Positions 38,886-48,009 of a DNA stretch of 64,000 nt are shown in pieces. Source of the stretch: Candidatus Omnitrophota bacterium (lineage in GTDB: Bacteria; Omnitrophota; Gorgyraeia; Duberdicusellales; 4484-171); assembly GCA_021735105.1 (NCBI GenBank), contig JAIPHS010000001.1, positions 5,484 through 69,483 on the forward strand, read 5' to 3'. Below the pieces are notes generated by a model. That model saw only the letters and a list, made by a program, of their open reading frames with translations, was not told where the DNA came from and ran no database searches. Each line of letters starts with the position of its first letter. Within the stretch, counting starts at the first letter, position 1. Both the position numbers and the translations under genes were made by a program.

Positions 38886-39831
38886 AATAATAGCCATAAT
38901 TAAAAACAACAATACTTTTTTGATAACTGCGCATATGAACTTGGAAGGAGATGCGTTAGGCTCTGAATTGTCCTTATATCTTTTGCTTAAAAAATTAAAC
39001 AAAAGAGTTACAATTTATAATCACGATCTTACTCCCGATGCCTATAAGTTCCTGCCCAAACACAAACTTATAAAAAATAATCCTAAAAAAAATAAGGTTG
39101 ATGTAGCTTTTGTCCTAGATTGCTCTGATTCTTCTCGTGCCGGCAGAATAGAGAATAAACTGTCTGATGCTAATATTGTGGTAAATATTGATCATCATAT
39201 AAGTAATACTTTTTTTGGTGACCTTAATTGGGTAGAACCAGAGATGAGTTCTGCTTCTGAAATGATTTATCATTTAGCTAAGAAAATAAAAATTATAAAT
39301 AAGAATATTGCTTTATGCCTTTATACTGGTATTTTTACCGATACAGGAGGTTTTACTTATGCAAATACAAATTCTAATACGCATAAAATAATAGCAGAGC
39401 TTATGACTTTTGATGTTAAGCCTCATTTAATTGATAAAGAAATTTATAGTTTATGTGTACCTGATGATATCAGATTTATTAGTAGATCTATACAAAAGTT
39501 AAAATTTGTTTCAAATCAGAAAATATGTTGGTTAGCAATATCTAGGTGGCAAGAAAAAGAATATGACTTAACTGAGATAATTTTTTCTATAATGAGGCTT
39601 TTAAAAACCCCTGATGTTTTTGTTGTTTTTAAAAAAATTAATAAAAATAGAACCAGAATTAATTTTCGTTCTTGCTCTCAAGTGGATGTAAATAAGATTG
39701 CCAAATTTTTTGGAGGAGGCGGTCACAAAAAAGCTAGTGGTACTACTTTGGATGAAAACTTAAAAGAATCTGAAAAAAAAGTGATTTCTTTCATCAAAAG
39801 GTTTACTGATGGCAAAAATACAAAAAGGTGA
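38863..39831 (+). CDS. DHH/DHHA1 phosphoesterase (NrnA-like oligoribonuclease/pAp phosphatase)
   Basis: 322 aa; 'HMNLEGDALGS', 'DHHISN', DHHA1 'GGGGHKKASG'. Confidence 0.7.
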   Translation: MRKTKINKIIAIIKNNNTFLITAHMNLEGDALGSELSLYLLLKKLNKRVTIYNHDLTPDAYKFLPKHKLIKNNPKKNKVDVAFVLDCSDSSRAGRIENKLSDANIVVNIDHHISNTFFGDLNWVEPEMSSASEMIYHLAKKIKIINKNIALCLYTGIFTDTGGFTYANTNSNTHKIIAELMTFDVKPHLIDKEIYSLCVPDDIRFISRSIQKLKFVSNQKICWLAISRWQEKEYDLTEIIFSIMRLLKTPDVFVVFKKINKNRTRINFRSCSQVDVNKIAKFFGGGGHKKASGTTLDENLKESEKKVISFIKRFTDGKNTKR

Positions 39832-40502
39832 AAGTTTTTATGAAAGGAATATTGCTAATTAATAAACCTTTGGGAATTACATCACATGATGTAGTTGATA
39901 TAGCTAGAAAAAAATTAAAATTTCGTAAAATAGGGCATGCAGGGACTTTAGATCCTTTAGCAGAAGGCCTTTTGGTTCTTTTGGTTGGTTCTTATACTAA
40001 GAAGTTTGAAAAATTTGTTAATTTTGATAAAAAATACTTTGCTACCCTAAAGTTAGGGGAAATTACCAATACCGGGGATTCAGAAGGAAAAATCATTGAA
40101 CAAAGAAATTGGAAAAATATATCGCGGCTGCAAGTAAAAAATGCTGTTGAAAGTTTCCAAGGTGCGATTGAGCAAGTTCCTCCGATGGTAAGTGCATTAA
40201 GGCAAAAAGGGCAGAGATTGTATAAATTAGCCAGAAAGGGTATTAATGTCGAGCGTAAACCCAGGAAAATAGATATATATAATTGCAGCTTAAAAGATAT
40301 ACGGTTTCCTTATGTAGATTTTTATGTTCACTGTTCCAAAGGTACTTATATTAGGAAATTAACAGAAGATATAGGGGGTAAACTGGGCTGTGGTGCCTAT
40401 GCAACTAAAATTGTAAGGGAAGAGATAGGTCCCTTTAATTTAAAAGATTCAATAAAACCTAAAGATATCAATGAAACTGATCTACAAGAATTTACCTTTT
40501 AA
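39828..40502 (+). CDS. truB: tRNA pseudouridine(55) synthase (short form, PUA domain not evident)
   Basis: 224 aa; 'GHAGTLDPLAEGLLV' catalytic Asp motif. Confidence 0.8.
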   Translation: MKVFMKGILLINKPLGITSHDVVDIARKKLKFRKIGHAGTLDPLAEGLLVLLVGSYTKKFEKFVNFDKKYFATLKLGEITNTGDSEGKIIEQRNWKNISRLQVKNAVESFQGAIEQVPPMVSALRQKGQRLYKLARKGINVERKPRKIDIYNCSLKDIRFPYVDFYVHCSKGTYIRKLTEDIGGKLGCGAYATKIVREEIGPFNLKDSIKPKDINETDLQEFTF

Positions 40503-41376
40503 CAAGATTGATGGCTGTGTGGTAACTGTCGGCGTATTTGATGGTGTTCATCTTGGCCACCAATATATATTAAATAAGATTAAACGACAAGCGGAAAAGA
40601 AGAATAAGCCTTCTTTGGCGATTAGCTTCGATATTCCGCCCGAGAAAGTTTTAAATTCTAAGAAAAAGTTTAAAGGGTATTTAACTGATTATAAACAAAA
40701 GATTTCTTTAATTGAATCTTTAGGGATAGATTATTTATGGCTTTTAAAGACTGAATTAAATTTACTCCAGTTTTCTGCTGATAAATTTTTATCATATATT
40801 AATAAATATTTTGTAATTGATGAGATGATTGTTGGCGATGATTTCCGTTTTGGCATTAAGGCTGAGACTGGTAGCAGCCAATTGAGCCAGCTTGCAGAGC
40901 GTTATGGATTTGGTCTAAAGATCATTGATAAAAAAAGTTTTTCTGGAGTTCGTGTCAGCAGTTCATTAATAAGAAAATTAATAAAATCTTCCAAAATTAA
41001 ACAAGTAAAAAAACTTTTAGGAAAAAACTACACCTTAAAAGGTAAAGTGATAAAAGGTAAAGGAGTTGGAAAGCAGCTTGGTTTTTCTACGGCTAATCTT
41101 AATACTTTTGATTATGTTTTGCCCAAGCAAGGTGTTTACGCAGCTTACAGTAGGATAGGCGATACTGATTTTCTTGCAGCGGTAAATATTGGGAAAAAAG
41201 ACTTTGAAGTGCATTTATTAAATTTTTCTAAGGATATATTAAATGATACTATTGAAGTAACTTTGCTAGAGAAAATAAGAGACGAATCTAATTTTCAATC
41301 AAAAAATAATTTAGTTAAACAAATCCAAAAAGATATTCAAGCCATCACCTCTAAATATAGTATCCCTCCTGATTAA
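40471..41376 (+). CDS. ribF: bifunctional riboflavin kinase / FAD synthetase
   Basis: 301 aa; 'VVTVGVFDGVHLGHQ' adenylyltransferase motif and C-terminal riboflavin kinase region ('GFSTANL'). Confidence 0.8.
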   Translation: MKLIYKNLPFNKIDGCVVTVGVFDGVHLGHQYILNKIKRQAEKKNKPSLAISFDIPPEKVLNSKKKFKGYLTDYKQKISLIESLGIDYLWLLKTELNLLQFSADKFLSYINKYFVIDEMIVGDDFRFGIKAETGSSQLSQLAERYGFGLKIIDKKSFSGVRVSSSLIRKLIKSSKIKQVKKLLGKNYTLKGKVIKGKGVGKQLGFSTANLNTFDYVLPKQGVYAAYSRIGDTDFLAAVNIGKKDFEVHLLNFSKDILNDTIEVTLLEKIRDESNFQSKNNLVKQIQKDIQAITSKYSIPPD

Positions 41377-41421
41377 TTTATACAATCCATTGTGTTGTAG
41401 TGATTTATTTCTCTATACACC

Positions 41422-41450
41422 TTGACAGCCTGATGCATTAGAGATATATT
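41422..41450 (+). promoter_or_regulatory. sigma70-type promoter of the dcw cluster (TTGACA-17-TATATT)
   Basis: TTGACA 41422-41427, 17-nt spacer, TATATT 41445-41450, about 75 nt upstream of the mraZ ATG. Confidence 0.55.
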
Positions 41451-41456
41451 ACTTAT

Positions 41457-41481
41457 GTGGCATAAAGTGGAAGAGAGTGGA
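41457..41481 (+). promoter_or_regulatory. MraZ operator: three direct GTGG(C/A) boxes at 10-bp periodicity
   Basis: GTGG at 41457, 41467 and 41477 ('GTGGCataaa GTGGAagaga GTGGAagaaa'), immediately downstream of the -10. This matches the known spaced-repeat MraZ binding architecture. Confidence 0.6.
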
Positions 41482-41523
41482 AGAAACCTTGTTATATTAA
41501 TATTTTCTTGAGGTGGCCAAACG

Positions 41524-41961
41524 ATGTGGTACGGTCAATATTTACATACCTTAGATAAAAAAGATAGATTCATCCTCCCGGCAAAATTTAGAGAAAAGAT
41601 AAAAAAAGCAGAAAATTTTTATTTTTATATAACTCGTGGCTTAGATGGCTGCCTTTTTTTATATTCAAAAAATGTGTGGAAGGAGCTAGAGGCAAAATTG
41701 CAATCTCTCTCTTTTACAAATCAAAAACCGCGTTTTTTTAATCGTCTTTTTTTTAGTGGAGCTTCAGAGATAGAAGTGGCACCTCAGGGCAGAATCATTC
41801 TTCCTCAAAATTTAAAACAATTTGCAGATATAAAAAAAGAAATAATTATTATCGGTGTGGGGAATAGAATTGAGGTTTGGGATAAAGATAGGTGGAATCA
41901 ATTTTATTTGAAAAATAAAAGTAATTTTGAAGAGATGGCTGAAGATCTTTTTCAGATGTAA
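41524..41961 (+). CDS. mraZ: transcriptional regulator MraZ
   Basis: 145 aa; two tandem MraZ/SpoVT-AbrB-like repeats ('RFILPAKFREK', 'RIILPQNLKQF'). Confidence 0.85.
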   Translation: MWYGQYLHTLDKKDRFILPAKFREKIKKAENFYFYITRGLDGCLFLYSKNVWKELEAKLQSLSFTNQKPRFFNRLFFSGASEIEVAPQGRIILPQNLKQFADIKKEIIIIGVGNRIEVWDKDRWNQFYLKNKSNFEEMAEDLFQM

Positions 41962-41995
41962 ATAGTTGATTAGCTTTGATCAAAAAGGAGGTTTT

Positions 41996-42178
41996 ATGAG
42001 TAGAGGTGTCAGCAAAAAAAGAAGTAGGCATTCTAAAAACCAAGATAATCAGAAAGTGTTTGTAGGCTCTTCAATAGTTCACCTTTCAGGATTTTCTCTT
42101 TGTGACAATAAATCGGGAGAATTAGATTTAACCTCATTAACCAGCAAGCAGATTAGAAAAAAAATCGGATGGCTATAA
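41996..42178 (+). CDS. small basic hypothetical protein inserted between mraZ and rsmH
   Basis: about 60 aa from the ATG preceded by RBS 'AAAGGAGG' ('MSRGVSKKRSRHSKNQDNQKV...'). The ORF-track start at 41966 is less likely. Confidence 0.4.
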   Translation: MSRGVSKKRSRHSKNQDNQKVFVGSSIVHLSGFSLCDNKSGELDLTSLTSKQIRKKIGWL

Positions 42179-42181
42179 TTT

Positions 42182-43105
42182 ATGGTTGTTACCAAATTTT
42201 TAGATAAAATGGAAAAAGTTTACCATTATCCAGTCATGTGGCAAGAGGTGATCGATAGCTTAAAGCTTATAGATCGAGAAGTTATCATAGATTGCACGGC
42301 TGGTTTAGGTTCTCATGCATATAAGATGATTCAGGCAAGCGAAAAAAATTCTTTTCTTATAGGCCTTGACAAAGATAGTCAATCCTTAAAAGAGGCTTAT
42401 TGGAAGCTTAAACCTTTTGAAGGTAGGTTTGTTTTGCTTCAAGAAGATTTTATAAATTTAGATAAAGTCTGTCAAGAATTTGATATTAAAAAAGCCGATG
42501 TTTTCTTCTTTGATTTAGGGATATCTACTTATCAATTAACTAATCCTCAAAGGGGTTTTAGTTTTTTAAGTGAAGGTGCTCTGGATATGAGGATAAATAA
42601 GGACAACTTTCTTACGGCTTTTGATTTGGTGAACAATTTGAGTGAGCGGGAATTAGTCAAAATATTTAAAAAATTTGGAGAAGAACGTTATTCAAGACGA
42701 ATTGCTCATGCGGCGGTAACCCATCGGCAGAAAAGTTTAATTTCTACAACTACACAATTAGCTGAAATTATTGAAAAAAGTGTGCCTGTAAAGAGTCGTT
42801 TTGGAAGAATTCATCCAGCCACTAGAGTTTTTCAGGCTTTAAGAATTGCGGTTAATCGCGAGCTGGAAGCTCTTAAGATAGCTTTACCGAAAGCTATTAA
42901 TCTTTTGAAAAAAGGAGGTAGGATAGGAGTTATATCATTTCATTCGCTGGAAGATAGGATAGTCAAACATACATTTAAGAACTTTGCATCACAGAATTTA
43001 TTAAAAATAATTACAAAAAAACCGAAAAGGCCGACAGAAGAAGAAAAGAGAATTAATTCAGCTTCACGATCGGCAAAGCTGCGTATAGCAGAAAAAATTG
43101 GTTAA
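42182..43105 (+). CDS. rsmH: 16S rRNA m4C1402 methyltransferase RsmH (MraW)
   Basis: 307 aa; 'DCTAGLGSH', 'FDLGIST', 'HSLEDRIVK' RsmH motifs. Confidence 0.85.
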   Translation: MVVTKFLDKMEKVYHYPVMWQEVIDSLKLIDREVIIDCTAGLGSHAYKMIQASEKNSFLIGLDKDSQSLKEAYWKLKPFEGRFVLLQEDFINLDKVCQEFDIKKADVFFFDLGISTYQLTNPQRGFSFLSEGALDMRINKDNFLTAFDLVNNLSERELVKIFKKFGEERYSRRIAHAAVTHRQKSLISTTTQLAEIIEKSVPVKSRFGRIHPATRVFQALRIAVNRELEALKIALPKAINLLKKGGRIGVISFHSLEDRIVKHTFKNFASQNLLKIITKKPKRPTEEEKRINSASRSAKLRIAEKIG

Positions 43106-43463
43106 AATGCGTAAAATATCACCATTATTATCAGTATTTATTATATTTGCTTTTCTTGTAGTATACCTTCACCAAAAGGTTCAAATTTACACAACTGCAT
43201 TTTACCTGCAAAAAAATTACAATGATTGTCAAGAGCTGGCTGCTAAAAAAGATTATTTAATGCATAATTTTTCAAAGAAAGTTTCTTTATCTCATGTAAG
43301 TAAATGGGTTTTGGCAGAAAAGTTTTTCTCGCCGGAAAAAGGAAAACTTTTGGTGTTTAAGCCTAAGGATCGAATTGAGACTGATGCGGCTTCGAAAAAA
43401 TCACTTTTTGAACGTATTAAGTCTTCTGCTTCAATAGCTGATGTTTTTGCAAAAGATCGGTAA
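43098..43463 (+). CDS. ftsL: FtsL-like cell division protein (single TM plus coiled coil)
   Basis: 121 aa; N-terminal TM 'LLSVFIIFAFLVVYL' then helical region; sits between rsmH and ftsI. Confidence 0.5.
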   Translation: MVKMRKISPLLSVFIIFAFLVVYLHQKVQIYTTAFYLQKNYNDCQELAAKKDYLMHNFSKKVSLSHVSKWVLAEKFFSPEKGKLLVFKPKDRIETDAASKKSLFERIKSSASIADVFAKDR

Positions 43464-43497
43464 AAAGTAACCCGTTTCTTCCTAAAAGCCTAAAACA

Positions 43498-45150
43498 GTG
43501 AAAAAAAAATGTTTTTCTCGATTTACCGTAATATATCTACTATTTGTCTTTTTGTCCATAATCCTTTTTGCTAAAATCATATATCTTCAAGTTTATCGAG
43601 AAGATTTTTTTGATCAGCTTGCCCAGAAACAGCATTATGGACTTTTTCCAATACAAAGCAAGAGAGGTGAGATTATTGACCGTAATCAAGATATTCTTGC
43701 CAAAAGTATTCATTTTTATTCGGTTTTTGCCGATCCATTTTTTATCAAAAATAAAAATAATTATGCTAGCCTTCTTTCTGAAAAATTAAATATTTCAGAA
43801 AAAAATTTAATAGCTAAATTAAATAAAAAAAACCGTCGTTTTATTTGGGTAAAAAGAAAGATAGACTGGAAACAAAAAAAAGATATAGAAAGTCTTAATT
43901 TAACTGGAATTGGATTTATAAGAGAAAACCAAAGGTTTTATCCTGAAAAAAGTTTATTTCCTTCTGTCTTGGGGCTTGTAGGTATAGACAATAATGGTTT
44001 AGAGGGAATTGAATTTTATTATGATAATTATTTGCGGGGCAAAAAGGGATGGGCTAGGGTTTTAAGAGATTCGGCTTCAGAGCATTTGATTTTGACCCCT
44101 TCTTTGATAGAATTACAACAAGGGGCTGACTTGGTACTTACCTTAGATACTAGAATTCAATATTGGGTAAAACAATATCTAAAAGAAACAATTGAAAAAT
44201 ATAGAGCAAAAAATGGTTCGGTAGTGGTGATGAATGCCCAAAATGGTGAAATATTAGCTTTAGCAAATTCTAATAGTTCTGACCTAGAAAAAGACAAATT
44301 TTATTTTTCTAAAAATAATGCAGTTACAGATATGTTTGAGCCTGGTTCGGTTTTTAAGATTGTAACTTTAGTTGCTGCATTATCAGAAAAAATGCTTTTT
44401 GGTAAAATTGATTGTGAACAAGGTAAATTCAAAATTCCCGGGACTGTATTAAACGATTACCGTCCTTATGGAAAACTTTCTTTCCAGGAAGTTTTTTATA
44501 AATCAAGCAATATAGGCGTTGCTAAAATAGCTACAACCGTTGGTTACAAAAAAATATATAATTATATAGAAAAAATGGGTTTTGGCCAAAAAACCGGCAT
44601 AGATTTTCCCGGTGAAACTAAAGGAAGGCTTATCCAGCTAGATAAATGGTCAAAAACTGCAAGATATATTATTCCTATTGGCCAAGGTATAGGAGTGAAT
44701 TTACTGCAATTGGTGAGGGCCTTTGCTGTAATAGTAAACGGTGGAGATTTAGTAACTCCTCATTTAGGTAAAAAATTATGCGCTAAAGGTTTTTGCCGAG
44801 ACATTAAGCATGATTTAAAAAAAGATATTGTATCGGCTGAAACAGCTAATAAAGCTAAAAAAGTCTTAGTTAAAGTTGTTAGCCAAGGAACCGGCAGAAG
44901 AGCTAAAGTTGACGGTGAATTAGTTGGCGGCAAAACCGGAACTGCCCAAAAATTTGATTCAAATTTAGGCAGATATTCTCCCAGTAAATATAGGGCTAAT
45001 TTTATTGGTTTTATTGACAGCGCAAAAAAGCCAATTGTAATTGGAGTAACTATCGATGAACCCAAAAAATCACATTTTGGGGGAGCAGTAGCAGCTCCTT
45101 TATTTAAAAAAATTGCTGAAAAAATTATTAGTTATGAATTATTCGAATAA
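43498..45150 (+). CDS. ftsI: peptidoglycan D,D-transpeptidase FtsI (class B PBP)
   Basis: 550 aa; N-terminal TM, transpeptidase motifs 'SVFK' (SxxK), 'SSN', 'KTGT'. Confidence 0.8.
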   Translation: MKKKCFSRFTVIYLLFVFLSIILFAKIIYLQVYREDFFDQLAQKQHYGLFPIQSKRGEIIDRNQDILAKSIHFYSVFADPFFIKNKNNYASLLSEKLNISEKNLIAKLNKKNRRFIWVKRKIDWKQKKDIESLNLTGIGFIRENQRFYPEKSLFPSVLGLVGIDNNGLEGIEFYYDNYLRGKKGWARVLRDSASEHLILTPSLIELQQGADLVLTLDTRIQYWVKQYLKETIEKYRAKNGSVVVMNAQNGEILALANSNSSDLEKDKFYFSKNNAVTDMFEPGSVFKIVTLVAALSEKMLFGKIDCEQGKFKIPGTVLNDYRPYGKLSFQEVFYKSSNIGVAKIATTVGYKKIYNYIEKMGFGQKTGIDFPGETKGRLIQLDKWSKTARYIIPIGQGIGVNLLQLVRAFAVIVNGGDLVTPHLGKKLCAKGFCRDIKHDLKKDIVSAETANKAKKVLVKVVSQGTGRRAKVDGELVGGKTGTAQKFDSNLGRYSPSKYRANFIGFIDSAKKPIVIGVTIDEPKKSHFGGAVAAPLFKKIAEKIISYELFE

Positions 45151-46597
45151 AATGAAGGTAAAAAATTTTTTAAAATCAATCAAAGATCCCCATATCCAAA
45201 ATTTAATAATAACAGATATTGCTGATGATTCCAGATTTGTTAAAAAAGGAAGTATCTTTTTTGTAATCGAGAAACCAAATTTTGATATATTTTCTGTTTT
45301 AAAAAAAATAGAGAAAAAAGTAAAAATATATGCTGTTGACTTAAAAAATAAAGATCGTATTAAAAAAATGGCTATAAATAAACCAGTTATTTATTTAAAA
45401 GGGATAGAAAACCATTTCTATCAAGCAGTTAAAAAATTTTATAAACCAAAATTGAATCTTAAAATAATTGGAATTACTGGAACTAATGGAAAAACTTCCA
45501 CCGCTTATTTTTTACACCAATTATTTAAAAAAAATGGGAAAAAAACAGCTTTTTTTGGAACAATCGGTTATTTTATCGGTTCATCTAAATATAAAATAAA
45601 CCATACTACTGCTGATTTTCTTACGCTTTATAAAATGATTAAAAAAGTTAGTCAGAAAAAGATTAATTACCTAATTATGGAAGTTTCTTCTCACAGTATA
45701 GCTCAAGAAAGGATAAAAGGCTTAAATTTTACAAGATGTGTATTTACCAATCTAAGCCGGGACCATCTTGATTATCATAAAACAATGGATTCATATTTTA
45801 AAATAAAAAAAAGTTTTTTCTTTCAGAGTAATTGTTATTCTGTTGTTAACAATAATTGCTTATACGGTAAAAAAATATTGTCTAGTTTAAATAAAAAGAT
45901 TTCTTATGGGGTTAAAAGCAACTCTGATTATCAAGCAAAAAATATAAAACTTTTTAAAAATAGGACAAAATTTGATTTAGTTTGGAATAATCGAGTTTTT
46001 CCTGTATCAACGAAATTATCTGGGTATCATAACATTTTAAATATTTTAGCGGCATTAGCTTCTGCCCATTCTTTAAGATTTTCTTTAGATAAGCTGGTAA
46101 AGACGGTTCCGTCTTTGAAAAGAGCTAAGGGCCGATTTCAAGAAATAGCTCAAAATATATTCATAGATTATGCTCATACACCAGAAGGGCTTGAGCATAT
46201 TCTTTCTTCTTTGCAAGATATAGGCTATGAGAAGATTATATCTGTCTTTGGTTGCGGCGGGCAGCGGGATAAAGGCAAAAGAAAAATTATGGGGAAAATA
46301 TCTTCTCAATTAGCCGATGTTACTATTATTACTTCAGATAACCCCAGGGGAGAAGATCCATCATATATTTGTAAACAAATCAAAAAAGGTTGCCTAAACA
46401 ATAGATTTAAAGTTATCATAAATAGGAAAGAAGCAATAAGAAAAGCAATATTATTATATCGAAACAAAAAAGAAATTGGCCAAAAAGTGTGTGTTTTGGT
46501 GGCTGGTAAAGGGCATGAAGATTGTCAAATATTAAAAAATAAAAAGGTTCCTTTTCAAGATTCAAAGACAATCAAAAGTATTTTAAAAAATAACTAA
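45113..46597 (+). CDS. murE: UDP-N-acetylmuramoyl-tripeptide synthetase MurE
   Basis: 494 aa; Mur ligase P-loop 'GITGTNGKTST', 'DYAHTPEGL'; start uncertain because the ORF overlaps the ftsI end. Confidence 0.75.
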   Translation: MLKKLLVMNYSNKMKVKNFLKSIKDPHIQNLIITDIADDSRFVKKGSIFFVIEKPNFDIFSVLKKIEKKVKIYAVDLKNKDRIKKMAINKPVIYLKGIENHFYQAVKKFYKPKLNLKIIGITGTNGKTSTAYFLHQLFKKNGKKTAFFGTIGYFIGSSKYKINHTTADFLTLYKMIKKVSQKKINYLIMEVSSHSIAQERIKGLNFTRCVFTNLSRDHLDYHKTMDSYFKIKKSFFFQSNCYSVVNNNCLYGKKILSSLNKKISYGVKSNSDYQAKNIKLFKNRTKFDLVWNNRVFPVSTKLSGYHNILNILAALASAHSLRFSLDKLVKTVPSLKRAKGRFQEIAQNIFIDYAHTPEGLEHILSSLQDIGYEKIISVFGCGGQRDKGKRKIMGKISSQLADVTIITSDNPRGEDPSYICKQIKKGCLNNRFKVIINRKEAIRKAILLYRNKKEIGQKVCVLVAGKGHEDCQILKNKKVPFQDSKTIKSILKNN

Positions 46598-46603
46598 ACA
46601 AAA

Positions 46604-47947
46604 ATGAATATTAGTGATTTTAAAGTTATTGAAAAAGTCTTAGATCCCTATAAAATTTATAACCTTTATTATTTTCAGCCAGTTAAAGGATTTTGCTTAG
46701 ATTCACGTTCTCTAAGGAAGGGAGATGCTTTTATTGCTTTAGCTGGGAAATATAAAGATGGCCATGATTTTATTAAAATGGCGGTTAAAAAAGGGGCGGT
46801 TTTAATAATAACTGCAAAATACATAAAAACTAAACCCAAAGTTCCTCAGTTTATCGTTCAAGATACAACTCATGCTCTTGAGAGAATAATTTTATTTTTA
46901 CGAAAAAAGCATAAAAAAACAACTGTTTTTGCTATAACTGGTTCTTTGGGAAAAACAACAACTAAGGAGATGCTCAGTTTCCTTCTTCAGCCTTATAAAA
47001 ATATTTTAAAGAACAGGGCTAGCGAAAATAATATTTTTGGAGTAGCAAAAACTATTTTTTCTTATAATAATCAGAATTCAATTATCTTTGAACTTGGAAC
47101 AAATCAAATCGGAGAGATCAAAAACCTTGCCAAGATGATTCAGCCTAATATAGGAGTTATTACTTGTATAAAGCCGGCCCATTTGGCTGGTTTAGGAAGT
47201 GTCGATAAGATTAAAAAAGAAAAACTTTCAATGTTTGAAGACAACCAAAAGATGAGAGCTGTTTTAAATGGTGATGATAAAATGCTTTCCGGCCTGAAGC
47301 TAAAAAATAAAACTTTTTGGTATGGTAAAAATAAAAAAAATCACCTCTATTACAAGCTGGAAAAAAGAAAAGATGACAAAATTCATTTTAAAATATTAGA
47401 TAAGTATAACCTGATTGTACCGATTCGTTTTGAAAATTTTATTAGTAATTATTTGGCAGCAATATCAGCCGCTCATATTTTAGGTATTCCATATCGAGAT
47501 CTTATTCAGCGTCTAAATAATTTTAATAGTTTTTCTTCAATGCGAATGGAAAAAAGAATAATAGGCAGTTACACTATTTTAAATGATGCCTATAATGCTA
47601 ATCCTTATTCTTTTGAGCAGTCCCTTTCGGTAGTGAAACGATTTAAAATACCCAAGGTAGTTATAGCTGCAGATATGCTTGAGTTAGGTTCAAAAACAGA
47701 ATATTATCACCGTAAGTTGGCTGCTCAAATCTATGGAATTGGTTGTCAATATTGTGTTACCTACGGTAATAATAGCAAAATAACAAATAAGCAACTAAAA
47801 ATTTTAGGGCATAAAAATGTATTTCATTTTTTTTCTCAAAAAAAAATTGCGTCATTTTTAAAACAAAAATTGAAAAATAAAAATTATTTAATTTTCTTAA
47901 AAGGTTCCCGGAAAATGCAGCTGGAAAAAATAGTTAAATATCTATAA
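46604..47947 (+). CDS. murF: UDP-MurNAc-pentapeptide synthetase MurF
   Basis: 447 aa; 'AITGSLGKTTTKEM', 'NDAYNANP'. Confidence 0.75.
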   Translation: MNISDFKVIEKVLDPYKIYNLYYFQPVKGFCLDSRSLRKGDAFIALAGKYKDGHDFIKMAVKKGAVLIITAKYIKTKPKVPQFIVQDTTHALERIILFLRKKHKKTTVFAITGSLGKTTTKEMLSFLLQPYKNILKNRASENNIFGVAKTIFSYNNQNSIIFELGTNQIGEIKNLAKMIQPNIGVITCIKPAHLAGLGSVDKIKKEKLSMFEDNQKMRAVLNGDDKMLSGLKLKNKTFWYGKNKKNHLYYKLEKRKDDKIHFKILDKYNLIVPIRFENFISNYLAAISAAHILGIPYRDLIQRLNNFNSFSSMRMEKRIIGSYTILNDAYNANPYSFEQSLSVVKRFKIPKVVIAADMLELGSKTEYYHRKLAAQIYGIGCQYCVTYGNNSKITNKQLKILGHKNVFHFFSQKKIASFLKQKLKNKNYLIFLKGSRKMQLEKIVKYL

Positions 47948-47961
47948 TAATTACTAGTTTT

Positions 47962-47970
47962 TGGTACAAT
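47962..47970 (+). promoter_or_regulatory. possible internal extended -10 promoter (TGGTACAAT) upstream of mraY
   Basis: TGGTACAAT at 47962-47970, followed by TATAAT at 47970-47975; mraY ATG at 48010. Confidence 0.3.
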
Positions 47971-48009
47971 ATAATTAAAAGTCACATGTCATCTGTAACC
48001 TAAAATATT

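Noticed and set aside
43568-43789. 73-aa + strand ORF inside ftsI in another frame
   Set aside because: It is embedded in the conserved ftsI reading frame and has a hydrophobic low-complexity translation. Nothing supports an overlapping gene.
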